The notes under the pieces are model-generated. The model was not told where the DNA came from, made no database searches, and saw nothing but the letters and a program-made list of their open reading frames with translations. Below are positions 63,806-64,000 of a DNA stretch of 64,000 nucleotides, one piece after another. Made by a program: the position numbers and the translations under genes. Source of the stretch: Lama glama (taxonomy: Eukaryota). How positions within the stretch are numbered: the stretch's first letter is position 1; every line of letters starts with the position of its first letter. The DNA lies in assembly GCA_028534125.1 (NCBI GenBank), contig CM052816.1, positions 32,800,001 through 32,864,000 of the forward strand, read 5' to 3'.

Positions 63806-64000
63806 TAGTGTACAGAGTGAGATTGTATCACCATTTGGCAGTGCTGCAGTGACTAGCACAGAGAAGGCAAGGCTAGCTTGAAGGGAGAGCTTTCATCATG
63901 GGGGAGAGGGTTTTTTTCCGAGACCTGAATCATTTAACCAGATAATAATATAATTACCCGAAGTCCTTTGAAGTAGAATCCTACCTCTGGCAAAAGGCTC

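Noticed and set aside
43300..64000. Possible further gene (e.g. DCP2) upstream of REEP5
   Set aside because: No CpG island and no recognisable coding exon; the short ORFs fall in repeats or random AT-rich DNA

Overview
Mammalian genomic DNA, most likely a camelid, judging from two tRNA-derived SINEs of the camelid Vic-1 type. It holds two complete, convergent protein-coding genes of the APC-SRP19-REEP5 region. SRP19 is on the + strand (5 coding exons, 6028..10882, 144 aa) and REEP5/DP1 is on the - strand (5 coding exons, 42885..17091, 189 aa, about 2.3 kb 3'UTR). Each has a CpG-island promoter. All exon phases and GT-AG junctions were checked by hand and give intact reading frames. The rest is intron or intergenic DNA full of interspersed repeats (L1, L2, MIR, MLT1 LTRs, MER2/MER5/MER8/MER20, SINEs). 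Repeat family names come from recalled consensus sequences and most repeat boundaries are approximate. I see no wholly new gene or system. The best leads are regulatory. (1) The SRP19 last-exon junction is at once an acceptor, a consensus donor and a stop codon for a 32-nt upstream extension. (2) There is a candidate 47-nt stop-containing exon in SRP19 intron 4. (3) There is a candidate TATA/GC-box internal promoter with a donor in REEP5 intron 2. (4) There is an AP-1/ARE palindrome in the same intron. (5) There is a near-perfect 173-bp tandem duplication.
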